From positions 1,452,438 through 1,516,437 of the forward strand of contig CAJINV010000005.1 of NCBI GenBank assembly GCA_905178155.1: a stretch of 64,000 nt of DNA, read 5' to 3'. This stretch comes from Amoebophrya sp. A120. Its lineage: Eukaryota; Protista; Dinoflagellata. Positions 23,901 to 35,929 of this stretch are shown piece after piece. The position numbers and the translations under genes are program-made. The notes beneath the pieces are model-generated. The model saw nothing but the letters and a program-made list of their open reading frames with translations. It did no database searches and was not told the DNA's origin. The stretch's first letter is position 1; each line of letters begins with the position of its first letter.

Positions 23901-24026
23901 CAGCTGTGCCGCGACCGCGACGTCCATTCCACATGGGGAATTCTCGCCAGTAGGTGTGTGCTGTGGTCCGCTCTGCGCGACATCGAATTCTGCCACTGCT
24001 GCCATCAAATCGGCGATTTCCGACAT
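20981..24026 (-). CDS. Unknown low-complexity (S/T/K/A/E-rich) protein with a small Cys/His cluster and a probable C-terminal TM anchor (~974 aa)
   Basis: ORFs 22221..24038 and 20981..22261 join in frame via GT-AG intron 22153..22273 (QK-G-ASKYRCVCANDDCQHFRC). C-terminus IVHTVFQLLQISAVVAGCVWM. Confidence 0.65.
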
Positions 24027-24704
24027 TATTGTACGCACTTACGAAGTTTTCGTCGGGCGGTATAGAACATGGAGTTTGATGATGAAGTGAAGCCTGTTTG
24101 TTAGTTGTTCTGCTCCTATTTTTTCATAAAACCCTGTTTCTACAAAATTCTCGCCACCTTACCGTGATAAGTACCATTCACCTGCTGAAGCAAATTTGTT
24201 GATGTGAGATACATTACCTCCTGCGACGGATTTTTTCGCACTACTCCTGATAGCACCTTTTTGGGGACGACCCCGAAAAAACAACGACGCCGAACAACTC
24301 TCGCTGTCTCTATTCGCAATTTGAATGGTGCGCTCGTCGAAAGCATGTCGATTTTGAAAGTGCAACTCTCTCGATTTTTCCAAACACGGGCACTCCTCGC
24401 TAAAGGTGGAGACCCTTCTGTATGTAATGCGCAACTAGGACTAGCGACAAGCACAAACGCGAAGCAGAAAGATGAAAAATCCGACCAATTTTGTTCAAGA
24501 ACAGACCTCAGATTGAACATGAGATTTAGGTAGCTCGTCTTAGTGCGGGACGAAAGCGCTTTTGATTAGACGACCGCGCTTTCTCTTCTGGTGCTGTTGC
24601 TGAATGATCATGCTCCTTGTCGAAAGTCGCAGACTTATGTTAATGTAACAGTAACTTTTTCTCTGTTACCAGAGAGAGCCAGTGCCCCCCTCAGTCATCG
24701 TCAG

Positions 24705-27066
24705 TTACTGCACATGACAAGTAGACTCCTCCCCACCACCAGGACCAGCTCCGTCCTGTCCCGCGCCGGCGGCGGCCCCGGAAGCTCGTTCCCGCTCCGC
24801 CTTGTACGCTTTGAGATGGCGGTTCAGAATGTGCTTCTCGGAGTCGCCGAGTTTCCGGGAATCTTGCGGGAGGGAGGAGGACCCAGAATTCGCATTGCTG
24901 TCTGAAGAAGCTGAGCCACTTGACGAAAAATCATTCCCCGACCGGTTCCACCACCGTTTCCAGGAGCTGGAGGAAGACTGCGAAGACGTAGATTTTTCTT
25001 CCGCGGCACTACCTTCCGCCGTCCTTTCACCGGCAGCGGTGTCACTTCTATCACTTTGTTCTTCCCCACCCTTTCCCCCACCTCGCTTTACATCGAAAAT
25101 ACCAGCCTCCCGTTTCAGAACCTGCCGCAGCGCTTCCCGTTCCTCAGGCGTGCTCCAGGGATTTCTGTTTGGCGTTTCCACTCGCAGCTTCACAAACAAG
25201 TCGCTTGACTTTGTACTCGCACTCCCCGTAGACGCAATATTGCCGTCCCACAGCACGCCTTTGCCCGCAACGCGGACCACGTCGGTATGCTGCAAATTTG
25301 AAGGCAGCGCTACGGTGACGTACTTCCCAGCTGGGTGCTTGATCTCAACGACGAGATCCCCGCAGATCGCATCTGCAAAGGGTACCGCGATTTTCGTGTA
25401 CAGAGCGTGGTGCGGGCCGCGCTCGAATTCTAAGTGATCGTATCTGGCGATGCTTCGCTTGCTCTTAGAAGCAGAATTTGAGTGGTCACTAACTTGTTTC
25501 CCGCCGTCGCGCCTGCCGGGCGGGGTTTGGAAGCGCACGGCGATGAAGACGTCGCCAGCCAAAACGCCACCGGTGGCGTGGTCAAAAACTTCGCTGCCGC
25601 GGTTCAGGAAACGGAAGGTGTAACCTTCCTCGACGGTCTGGGTAGAGATTTTTGTTTTGCGGTTACAAAGAATTGATGAGCTTAGTGCTTTCTAAACCAA
25701 TTTCTTTGTTTGAAAAACATAGAACGGCCAACATGTTCTACATCTTTGAAGAAGTATGTTTATGCTTGCACCAAAGCAGATTTATCTCTACACGTACCTT
25801 CGGGTCCAAGTTGAGTTGGAACGACTCCGTCGCATGTTTCACTCCGTGGCCCTGACACTGCGCGCACGTCCGCGTTCGTAGCCTTCCCGCGCCGCGACAA
25901 GAAGAGCAGGTTCCCTGCGTCTGCACATAGCCACCCCCGAACTGCCGTGTCCGCACCTCGTACCCGCTCCCCCCGCAAGTGCCACAGATCTGGACGTCGC
26001 CGCCCTGGCCACTGCAACTCGTGCAAATTTTCTGCATCATGGGGATCTCGACGGTCACGGTCTTCCTTTGGCACAACTGCTCCAGCGTTATGTTCACCGC
26101 CCGGACAACGGGTTTTGGCACCCTCGCCTGTCTCCTCTGCCTCCCGTTCGCCGCGAACTCCTCGAAGCCCATGCGCGTGAACGCTTCGAACGGATCGTCT
26201 CCAAAGATGCCGGAAGATGATCCAGCAGATGAGCCCTGTCCAAATGGGTCATTGCTGGTCCCGAATCCAAAGGGCCCGCTCCCGACATTCCCAAAGGGAT
26301 CTGGTCCGCTAGCACCACCGCCGGAATAAAAGGGCCCACCGCCGCTAGTACCGCTTCCGCCACCCGGACCACCGCCCATGCCGCTAAATGGGTCGCCACT
26401 CGCATCGCCATACTGGTCGTAGGCTTGTTTCTGCTTCGGGTCGGATAAAGTCTCGTACGCCCGGGTGATGTTTTTGAACGCCTCCTGGTCCCCGCCCTTG
26501 TCCGGATGGTGTTTCACCGCGAGCTTCTTGTACGCACGGCGGATGTCATCAGTGGAGGCGCCCCGGCTGAGCCCAAGAACCCTGTAGGGGTCCTTCGAGG
26601 AAAAATCCTCACAGCGGACGAAGTTATTTGTCGTGTGAGCTGAGGGAAAAAACTTCGCAAACTTGCTACTTCTTGGGAAGTGGTAGGCCTTCCAAGCTGC
26701 GAACCAAGATGACAAAAGAGGTGGGCTTTGCCCTTTGTGCTGGCTTGATGTCGGTGTCGCTGTCGTGTTGTCACTTCTTTTCGTATTCTGCCGTGGTGTC
26801 GCTGAAGATGGGGCATTCCACCCAATCTCCGTGGTATGCTTTCCGTCCCAAACATGATCTGCCGCCTGCTCTCGCCCGATGCCAGTGTAAATTGGTGGCT
26901 CGCAGTGGCCACCGCGGCCGCATCCTCGTGAAGCATCAGACTTGGAGCCGACTCCGACATCCTCAGATGATCCTGCATCTTTTTCTTTGCTTTGCAGAAA
27001 TACTTTTGTCTTCGAGAATAGCTTGGTTAACGCGACATAGCCGGCTTCAATACACCAATTCTGCAT
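24705..27066 (-). CDS. dnaJ: Class A (type I) DnaJ/Hsp40 chaperone with N-terminal extension
   Basis: J domain DPYRVLGL...IRRAYKKLAVKHHPDKGG, a G/F-rich region, and four CxxCxGxG motifs (CTSCSGQG, CGTCGGSG, CSSCRGAG, CAQCQGHG). C-terminal domain AGDVFIAV...GKGV...SDLFVKLRVETP. GT-AG intron 25638..25797. The true 5' end is uncertain. Confidence 0.92.
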
Positions 27067-27591
27067 TGCGGCATTTTAGTTTCTTCGTAGTTCTGCACAA
27101 AAAAAAGTCTACGTAGCCCTCCTGCGATCAAAGATGAGAAAAGGTAAATTCAAGCCTAAAAAATAGAACCGAGACAAAGTCAAAAACAAAATGAAAGCTC
27201 ATGAACTACATCACACGTACGGCCGAAATAGGATCGTATAACGTGGCCGCGAGCAAGTCAGAAAAGTGACAAGAAGCTTGCTGGCTAAGGAAGAGCCGCA
27301 TCTGTCCCATTCTACCTGCATTGCTAGATGATGACAGTGCAGCAGCACGAGCTGGCATTGCTTCGTGAGCAAATCTAAGATCATATCTCACCCGCTTGCA
27401 CGGATTTCGGTGTTTGAACACTGGGCCTGCGCAAATGCACGGTCACGGTTTGTTGACATAAGTCTGAAAAAGCTCCTCGCCACATGTAGATTTCGTCGCT
27501 CTCGCGGTTGCACGCGCAATTTTTTTTCGTCTTTTTGATGGAGTTTGCTGGATTCGGCTGTTTACGGTTGCTCATGTGGAGGTCGTGACGA

Positions 27592-30276
27592 TCATGTGTC
27601 AGCGTTGCAGCACAGTTCACACAAAACGCGTAGCAACGTGGTCTCCTTTCCTTCTGTAGCGTCCGTGTCTTTACCTAGATTCGCTTTCATCTGGGTATCA
27701 GTTTCAGCCGCCTCGTTACTGCACCCGTCGCACACCAAAACGCGCATTCGGCACTGACTACACCGGTGGTTCAACCTGTAGTCGTCCCAGGGACTCTGGC
27801 AAACGACGCACTTCCCAACTATTTCCTCGCCGAAGTTCTCCTCCACCATTCGGTTATCAAACACGAAATTCTTGCCTTTGAAAAACTTCCCCCCATCCGG
27901 ATAATGCTGCAGATAAGCGTGAATCCCGCCGTGCAGCTGAAAGATTTTCTGCTGCCGTGCTGGACGAGGAGCTTCCGACGTTGTAGCACCATCGTCTTCC
28001 AACACCAACTGCTCGTTTCCGTCGCCGACGCTCTGACGACGTTTTCTTTTACAGTCCTCGTTGTCTTCCAGCACCAGCCGCAGCAATTGCGTCGCGCGTT
28101 CGCACCGCACCCCGCCCGTGCAGTAAGCGAAAACCTCTTTTCCCTTGCATTTCTCCTGGAGCTCTTTCCTGTTCTGCGCCAGAAAGCGGGGGAAGTCAGT
28201 AAATTGACGGGTTTTCGGGTCGATCCGTTCGGTCGTTGTGGCTTGTTCCGAATCGAAGTCGAAGTGCCCCACGGCGGTTTCATACACGTTGCGGACGTCC
28301 AGCAAAACAGCCTGATCTGCTTTTTCCAATCGTTCGTTCCACGCCTCGGGGGTTAGGGAGATGGCGGGAGTGAGGGCAGGCACCGGCACGGACGGCGGTA
28401 AGCCGGACAAATCTCCTTCAAGACCCCTTCCACAACTCGCATTTTCGTCGGCTGCTTTCTGATGCGCAAAAAGTGATTGCAAGCAAGTATCGCTGTTGAA
28501 CTGCTCCCGGTACATTTGCAGATGAGATTCCCACGACGGCGTGGAGCTGGAACTTAAGTCAGATGCGACATTTTTACTAGCATTCCGATAGCAGTCTCCA
28601 AACAGGCTAACCACCTCCTCACAAACACGCACCGCTGTGCGGCCCTGCATCATCTGTTTCGTCTTGTCGGACCCGTCGTCCACACAGCCGCCCCACTTCC
28701 AATGTACTGTGGAAAAGTCTTTGATGATTACACCGCATTTTTCAGCAAGAACTTCTTCAGGCATTTCAAGCCTTGTAAACTCCAGCAGATCACTTTCCTT
28801 CCCGCCCAAACAGCCGTTCAGGCCGTCTTTCGCAACGCGAAGACGACCGGAAATATTGCGTGCGTCGCAGAAATCTTGAAGAGAGGTAGCAAGAGGTTTA
28901 CGAACGTCGGTAGCGCCACCACGATCTTGATGGGTTACGACAAGTGGCGTGTAGAGGTAGAAAAGCAGAACGCGGTAGTCGTCTGGGTGAATGTTTGGTG
29001 TGGGCTCACTTTTACTCATTTTTGCTTGTGGAGAGGGTGGTGAATTCATGAAATTGTCGCTGGGCCGGTCTTTACTCGGCGAAACTGCAGGAGTTGTAGA
29101 GGCGGTTGTCGAGGGGGAGAGACTTGGGGTTGGGTTTGCACGACTCGTCGGGGCTCCCGCGCAACAAGCTCGGCTACCACTCGTCCTGCTTGAGGAATTT
29201 GAAGACGAGGGGGACCTGCTCGTTGAAGTTGCTGTCGCTAGTATTTGAGGAAGCAGCTGCTGCTCTCGCACTATCCCTCCGCTGAGATGAGTTATCTTCT
29301 GTCGATGCCTCTCGCCTAACACCATCGTCGCTGCAACGCTCAAATTGCAGGTATGCGCGCGCGGGCGAATCTTGTCACTTTCCGTGCGCGTTTTCGTTGG
29401 TTTCTGCTCGACTGTCGGGAGGAATGCGCCGGCATCGCAGAGACGGAGCATCTCCTTCGACAACCCCCAGGATTCGCCGCCGAACACGAACGCGATTCGT
29501 TTTTGATTCAGATTTTCAGCTCCCAGAGCAGCACTTCTGTCAAGCTCAAATATCGAGGTGTAAGGCAAGCATGCGCTTTCACCCACTGTAGTGGTAGTCG
29601 CTTCGACATCTACTGCATCAGCTTCACCCTCTATAGGTGCACAGGAAGTGTGCGTTTCCCGCAGCCGGCTCAGCGTCGCCCCATCTGTTTCCCCGTTCAG
29701 TTCCTCAAACACCTCTTTGTTTTCGATAGCAAGAAGAAAAAACCCCGACTGCTTCAAGAAGTGCAGCACTTGCTTCAGATCGCCGTTGACGCAGAAGTGC
29801 GTGGCTTCGTCGGACGTGGTAGGAGTCTCACTTTCATCTTCATCGTTCACCTCAGCTGGTGACGACGAGCTTTCCTCGTTTATTCGTTCCTCGGATGTTC
29901 TTGAACCACACGCCTGTCTACTCTGATGTCCTTTGGCATGCGGAAACGCCATCGCCATCCGCAGAACTTCCTTCACAAAACCCCGGGCGTAGTAGTTCTC
30001 GTTGTCCTCGCTCTGCGTCAGAAACAGGGCCTGCGCCGGCCCGAATAATGGCATGTGGCGCAAAACCGTGCCGGCGTTTGGAGCGTACTTGACGCGGTCA
30101 AGAACAACGACATCATCTGTGTTGTTCAACTGGACTTTTTTTTCCAGAAAATCCTGCAGAGATTTCTTCCTCGAGCGAAAATAGGCGTTGTAGGAGTTGG
30201 GGTTGGATGAGGACGAGGAAGATGTTGTAGAAAAACCGCCACCCGGACCCGCGCTGGTTTCTGCAGAGGACGCCAT
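27592..30276 (-). CDS. Fusion protein: SpoU/TrmH-family SPOUT RNA methyltransferase plus TrhO/UPF0176 (TSTD2-like) rhodanese-domain protein (894 aa)
   Basis: Single open ORF. SpoU motifs VVLDRVKYAPNAGTVLR, FVFGGESWGLSKEMLRLCD and NLSVAATMVLGE. TrhO motifs VLLFYLY, GRLRVAKDGLNG, LLDVRNVYETAVGHF, YCTGGVRCE, QLHGGIHAY, FKGKNFVFDNR and C-terminal CVVC...CSQC...VCDGC. Confidence 0.88.
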   Translation of the reverse strand: MASSAETSAGPGGGFSTTSSSSSSNPNSYNAYFRSRKKSLQDFLEKKVQLNNTDDVVVLDRVKYAPNAGTVLRHMPLFGPAQALFLTQSEDNENYYARGFVKEVLRMAMAFPHAKGHQSRQACGSRTSEERINEESSSSPAEVNDEDESETPTTSDEATHFCVNGDLKQVLHFLKQSGFFLLAIENKEVFEELNGETDGATLSRLRETHTSCAPIEGEADAVDVEATTTTVGESACLPYTSIFELDRSAALGAENLNQKRIAFVFGGESWGLSKEMLRLCDAGAFLPTVEQKPTKTRTESDKIRPRAHTCNLSVAATMVLGERHRQKITHLSGGIVREQQLLPQILATATSTSRSPSSSNSSSRTSGSRACCAGAPTSRANPTPSLSPSTTASTTPAVSPSKDRPSDNFMNSPPSPQAKMSKSEPTPNIHPDDYRVLLFYLYTPLVVTHQDRGGATDVRKPLATSLQDFCDARNISGRLRVAKDGLNGCLGGKESDLLEFTRLEMPEEVLAEKCGVIIKDFSTVHWKWGGCVDDGSDKTKQMMQGRTAVRVCEEVVSLFGDCYRNASKNVASDLSSSSTPSWESHLQMYREQFNSDTCLQSLFAHQKAADENASCGRGLEGDLSGLPPSVPVPALTPAISLTPEAWNERLEKADQAVLLDVRNVYETAVGHFDFDSEQATTTERIDPKTRQFTDFPRFLAQNRKELQEKCKGKEVFAYCTGGVRCERATQLLRLVLEDNEDCKRKRRQSVGDGNEQLVLEDDGATTSEAPRPARQQKIFQLHGGIHAYLQHYPDGGKFFKGKNFVFDNRMVEENFGEEIVGKCVVCQSPWDDYRLNHRCSQCRMRVLVCDGCSNEAAETDTQMKANLGKDTDATEGKETTLLRVLCELCCNADT

Positions 30277-31082
30277 GGCTGAGTTCTGCTTCTTGCTATG
30301 CTAGTACATGTGCTCTATCTACCTAGCCCTGGTGGACTGTGCTTTCAGTTCGACAAACACAAACAAGCTAGCAGTGCTGAGGTTGTTCTTCACTAAGTGT
30401 TTGAGTCGTGGTCTTCGTCGCTCACCTTCACACTGTCGCCTGAAGAAAGATCGTTTTCTCATTTATGAAGTTTCCTCCTTGGCACGGTATCAGTCGTTAA
30501 AGAAGTCCGAATGTTCAACTTTCATGGCTCGCCATGAGACTCTGACCTGAGTCACTTGTGAATGATCTACGTCATATTCATTCAGAACCACAACATCCAC
30601 CACCTGCACACGCCTAGAATCAAGTTGAGCGCCATGATGATCATCTAGAGCACAGCAGCTGCCTCAGACTCGGATCTGGATCATGATCTGGATCTCTTCG
30701 ATCTTGCAGTATTTCATAACGATCACTATTGGCGATCGTGCTGAGCAGGTCCGCATTTGTCTCATCAGATGTTATATTATGCTGGCTACTCCGCAGATGA
30801 AGATAGCGCGCAGCTCGAACAGGAAGCTTTCAAATGTTGTTCTCGGTCGCGGCAGGTCAGGATCAACTGACCAGTCGCATTTCGAGGTCACTGCTGGATT
30901 TACGTTGAAAGAAAGTTCATCAAGAGAAGAACCAAGCAAAAAAAATGACCACACTACTTGTTCATCGTTTTTTCTTCGAAACGAAGTAAAAAGCAATCGG
31001 ACATGATCCTACAAAAGTCGGTGTAATTGGTGTACCGAGATCACCAGGAACGCAAAATCATCTTCCATCTACTTCAAAAATT

Positions 31083-34000
31083 TCACATGAACGCCGCTCC
31101 CGTCGACAAACTGGAAGTGCTTTCATCGACTGGAAACTGCGGTCCGAAGTACTTCACGTCGAGGTCGCAGTAATACGTTTTGTTATCCTCGTCCAGAACC
31201 TTTTCGTGCACCTTACACCCCAACGTCCTCCGACACTTCTCCACATCCGCCCCATACCCCCGACATTCCTCTTGTTTCTGTGCCTTCGCGTGCTTCGACC
31301 CCTGCGGGCCCTCCTGCTCCAGTTCCATCGGCGTTTGCACGTTGGGGACCTCGCCGGACAGCGTTTCGCACTGCTCCACGCCGTGGGAGAGCGGGGCGTT
31401 CGGGTCGACGGGGCCGGCCAACCCTGCGGCGACGTCTTGGGGCGTGTAGGTTTTCACGCAGGGCGGGTCGGAGGAAATGCACTTCGCGATCTGCTCGCGC
31501 ATCATCTGGAGGGCGGCCTGTTAACGTAACGGCTTTTCTTCACTAGAATGCTGCGTAAATAATTTGACCCTCTAGCAGCTCTACGATTTCAACATCTTCT
31601 ACGAATTTATTGCAGATAATGCAACATGATCACACGGAACACACACACACCACAAAACTTGTTCTGAGTACCGATATTCCCCCATGGCACTTCGCTCCGC
31701 TGAGAAAGTTTCCGGTCTGGCACGGCGTTCTCGTGGCGTGTTGAAACGGTCGTCCCGGCCAAAACACCGGAAAGGAGTTGTTCGTCGAGATATTCTGCAC
31801 CTCACTGTCGATGGTGTTGCTGTTCATCGTTTTCTTCTCAAATTCAAACGCCGTGACATTCTCCCTCCCGTTCTGCCAATTCTCCACTTCGAAAAACGGC
31901 TTCGGATCCGTTTCGTTGTCCGTGCTGGTCAACCGGTTGAAACTGGTTTCCCACTTCACCTTCGCAATCTCATTCGTCACGTGTCTTTTGTAAGGGTTCA
32001 GGTAAAACCAGCGCGAAACTTTATCCGGCGTGACACTGTGATCGCCGAACGGCTCGGCGATGACGGCGATGTCGTCTCGGTTCTTCAAGACCCACTGCCC
32101 GGTTCTGTTCCGCTTTAACATATCCACAGAAAAAAACCCATCCACATCCATTTTTTGCATGACAAACACAGAGTTTCATGTATGTTTTGCATGACAAATT
32201 GGATGTGGATGGGTGTTTTTTCCTGGATATAACAGCAAGTCCTCGTACTCCGATTGCTCGGCGGCCGTTCGGGTTTTGTTTCCGCGCAGTTCCATCACAC
32301 GGCTATCTTCCAGCCACACGTCGTCCTGCGTTTTCAGATCTAGGCTCGCCCCAAAATCCAGCCGGATGCGCTCGAACGTCGCGTCGGGGCCGAGCTCTTC
32401 GTTCATCCCCGGCGCTGGGTCCGTTTTGTTCGGCAAATCGTAGACGAAAGGTTTTTCCCCCGTTGTCGGGTCAGTCAATGTTTCCTCGATAACCCTTGGC
32501 ACGTACTTCCCCCGCAAATCGTTCAGAGAGTTGATCGCCGGATTCGTCACGTCGTGCTGCAATTCCGGGAGTTTCAGGGTGATTGGCGGTTTTGGGTAAA
32601 CGAAGTTCCCGTTGATCTTCACTGGGTGGGACAGTGGTGCGATGTGCCACTTGGTCAAATCCTTTTTCGAATCCGCGGAAATATTCCCCGGCGACAATTC
32701 CGGGGAGACGCGCATTTCGAACAAATGCAGCCGTCCCCCCTCCTGAATGTACTCCTGCCGGAACCTTTTCGGCTCCGACGGTTGGGGTAGTCGGTACCAT
32801 TTCCCGCCAATCCCGAGCTCTTTCAGCGCGTGTTCCTCGTCGATGGTGATCTCTTTTCCGGAAAAAATAGCGTCGATGTCCTGTTCCACATTCGGATCCA
32901 AACACCGGCGGGGAGCCGTCTCGATGTCGAGGTCATCGGTTGGAAGATGGGTCGTGTTGTCGCCGCCCACGTGGTCGTCCGCTGTTTCACCTAGCATCCC
33001 GAGATCTTTGTCGATCGCGCGGTCGTGCCGGCGACATGCTTCGTAGATCCGGAACACATCCTCATCCTTGATCTTACTTTTCGGGTCGACGAGGAAGGCT
33101 TGAGGTTGGGTGGGCGGGGGAGGTGGTGGGGGTGCGTTCGAATCCTTTGAAGATTTTTCACTCTGCTCTTTCAGAAGTTTCTGTTCCTGCTGCTTTATTT
33201 TCGCGGACGAGATACTGCCCACATCCGGACTGCTCCCGTTCAGCATCTCCATTCTCGCCTTCAAAACCCTGCCCGACCACTTCCGTTGGAATTTACAGAG
33301 TCTTCCCTCCTTGTTCCCTGCCGACATCCGATTGTACCATTGGTACTCGAAAACGTCCGGAATGTCCTTCCGCTTCTCCACCCGCGGCGCGGTGTAGTGG
33401 ACCACCCTCCGCGCGCCCCACCGGATCTGCGCGTTGGGGGTTTCCAAGCCGTCCGGCCGGCAGAAGTCGTACAAAACTTTCGGCGTGTACGCTTGGTCCT
33501 GTTCGTTCTTGAACGGTTTCCCACCGACCACGGAACTGTCGACCCACTGGGTCACCTTTGAGGGGAGCAGAATGTCCCGCCCGGTCGACTCCGCGATTTT
33601 CTGGACGACTTCGTGCTCCCCGTTCCTCGTGGCGACGTACAAGCCCCACTTGTGGTCGTGCTCGTGGTTGTAGAGCAACACCGCCACTTTGTACGCCTTT
33701 TCGAATTCCTGCATCAAATCCGGCGAGTCGTGCTTCAGGAAAGCTGCCAGGGTTCCTTTTTTGTACTTCGTCGGCTTCGAGGGCTCGGGCTCGGGTTCTT
33801 CGGGAATAATGTCATCTTCTGGGTGTCCGTGTCCTTTCGGGTCTTCGAGTTTCGGCTCCCCGTTTTCGTCTGTTTCTGAGGTGGAACCCATTCCAAACAT
33901 GCTGATCCCCTTGTCCATCAGATTCTTCCCCGTGTGGTCCATCGCGTCTTTTCCCTTGTCCACAAATTCATCAAACTTTTCTGTCTATCAAATGTAAAAA

Positions 34001-35750
34001 TGTCTGGGTCTGGAAGGATGGGACTTGTGATGCGTCCTGTGGATCACACAAAACTCTGTCTTGCGTGATCAACAAAAGACGCCCTTTTCTGACCACCATG
34101 AGAGGGAATTTCTCATGCAGGACAGGCATGATAGAGACCTCGCAGAATCGGTCATGCTATGTCCTGCATTCCAGACCTTATGGGGCATGCAAATTCTGCA
34201 TGACAAGTTTGCACTCTTCCCGACCCAGACATTTTTGCAATCCATACTGTCGCCTGCTCGACCAATTCCTCCCCCTTCTTCCAAGCCGCGTCCATCGCCG
34301 CTTCTAGACTATCCCCTAAGCCCTTCGTTTTGTCCAAAACTTTGAAGTACGCCGGCGGGTAGTGCGGTGGGGGGTTGTTTTTGTCGAAAGCGATGTTGTT
34401 CGGGCTGGAATTAGACGGCGGAACGGTAGTCGCCATCAGCCACTTTCCATTCAACCCTTTTCGTTCCTCCTCAAACCCCTCGAATTCTAAATAGCTTGGC
34501 GCTACACACTCATCCCGGCAGTTCGCGCGCGCAAACGAGAACTCATCGACGCCCTTCTCATCCGCGTGCGACCGCATCGGCGGGCAGGCGTGGTTTTTGC
34601 AGACTTGCTTGCAAGTGTCCTGCCGGTTCACGGATTTCTCGTGCTCCAAATCGTAGCTCGATTGGTAGTCGAGGGAGAGCGGGATCTGGTTCTCCGGCCT
34701 GACCCGCTGGTTCTCGTTGATCTCGTACAACTGTTTCACCCCGTGGGAAAAGGGGTTGATGCTCGTGTAGATCTGCTTTTTCAGGTCGCCGGGGATGAAC
34801 TGGGTTCGGAGATGGTGCATCTGGTGCTCCACGTCCACCTCGATTTCGAACCGCAAGTTCGGTTTCCGCCTGCAGTCGATGTAGAAGGGAGTCCGTTCCT
34901 GAATCGCCTTCATGTGCGGCGTGAGTCTGTTGCTCCCGTTCAAAAAGTACGTCGCGTCCCAGTAGACCATAGCGCGGTTTTTCGGCGTGTCGAGTACCTC
35001 CCCGTGGTTGGCGGTTCTGGAAAGTTCGCCCAGTGAGTCGCCGTAAACGGTTTTTTCCTTGTCCACAGAACTTCTCTCCGTCGCGGTTCCAGAGGAGATG
35101 GACGCTACATCTTCATGGTTCTTCTCGTCCAAATTTGCATTCGGATTGTCGTCCAGTAACCGAACGTGCACGAACCCTTGCGGCCGGCCGAAGGTCACCT
35201 CCGGGTGTACTCCCTCGTCTTTTCTCCAGCCGGAATACCCGCATTTCTTCAGCTGCAGCCACTGGGCCAAATTGGTCCTCACATTCGGCGGCATCTGGTC
35301 CGCGACCGGTGGGCCCTCGTCTTCGCCACCGGACAAACTGTCCATCACGCCGCCCATCGCGTCTTTCCCGAGCTCCAGCAACGTGTCGCCGTGGTCCTGG
35401 AGGAAGCCGCCCGGATCCTTGACCGCACCGGCGGCGGCCATCATTGCGGTAGGGGGCACGGGGAGCATGAAGGAGGTGTCGTGGTGGAGGGGTCGTGGTG
35501 GGTAGCTGCGGATGTTGCCGGGACGGAGAAGATTTCGCCACGCTGCTCTGGAGAAGAAGGTAGAAGAAGACCATTGAGGGCTGCGGCTCACAGCACCCTT
35601 GGTTCCTGGTGCTGTGAGATCCGCTTCGGCATCAGAGGTGCAAAACGATGACCGGTTGTGTTGACCCGTCCAGCGAGAGGCTGACGCTTTGTTCTCTGGT
35701 ACATCGCCAAAGAGGTGGTCTGTAAGATCATGTCGGACCCCCACGACCAT
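31083..35750 (-). CDS. Large unknown protein (about 1370 aa or more) with Cys clusters and degenerate G-K-W/Y repeats; four exons, two introns are TIR elements
   Basis: Four minus-strand ORFs join in frame via introns ~33985..34247 (GT-AG, TIR element), ~32120..32230 (non-canonical, TIR element) and 31518..31671 (GT-AG). The start codon is uncertain; the first in-frame ATG is at 35750. Confidence 0.7.
32121..32229. mobile_element. 109-bp introner-like TIR element forming a non-canonical intron
   Basis: TSD TAACA at 32116-32120 and 32230-32234. TIRs TATCCACAGAAAAAAACCCATCCACATCCA and TATCCAGGAAAAAACACCCATCCACATCCA (26/30). Contains an in-frame stop; removal gives DLLLKRN. Confidence 0.88.
33986..34246. 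mobile_element. 261-bp introner-like TIR element forming a GT-AG intron from TSD plus TIR bases
   Basis: TSD CTGTC at 33981-33985 and 34247-34251. TIRs TATCAAATGTAAAAATGTCTGGGTCTGGAAG and TATGGATTGCAAAAATGTCTGGGTCGGGAAG (26/31). Splice ACA|GTATGG...GATAG|ACA is in frame. Confidence 0.9.
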
Positions 35751-35929
35751 GATTCTTTTGCAACTTCTATTCCAGTTCTTGCTAAATAATGATGTCGCCG
35801 CCAATTGCTTAGCTCTTGCTCTGGCACTTGCTTCTAGTCTGGCAGGTCAGACATGATTGCTCATCTTCCTCGACCGAACACCACAAGCGATAGGATGTGG
35901 ATGATGGCGATGCTATGTCACTCAATTAC

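Noticed and set aside
24140-24520. 126-aa minus-strand ORF between DnaJ and the low-complexity gene
   Set aside because: No motifs; probably UTR or intergenic sequence.
27206-27421. Short ORF as an upstream DnaJ exon
   Set aside because: A plausible donor exists (GCC|GTACGT), but I could not establish an unambiguous in-frame acceptor.
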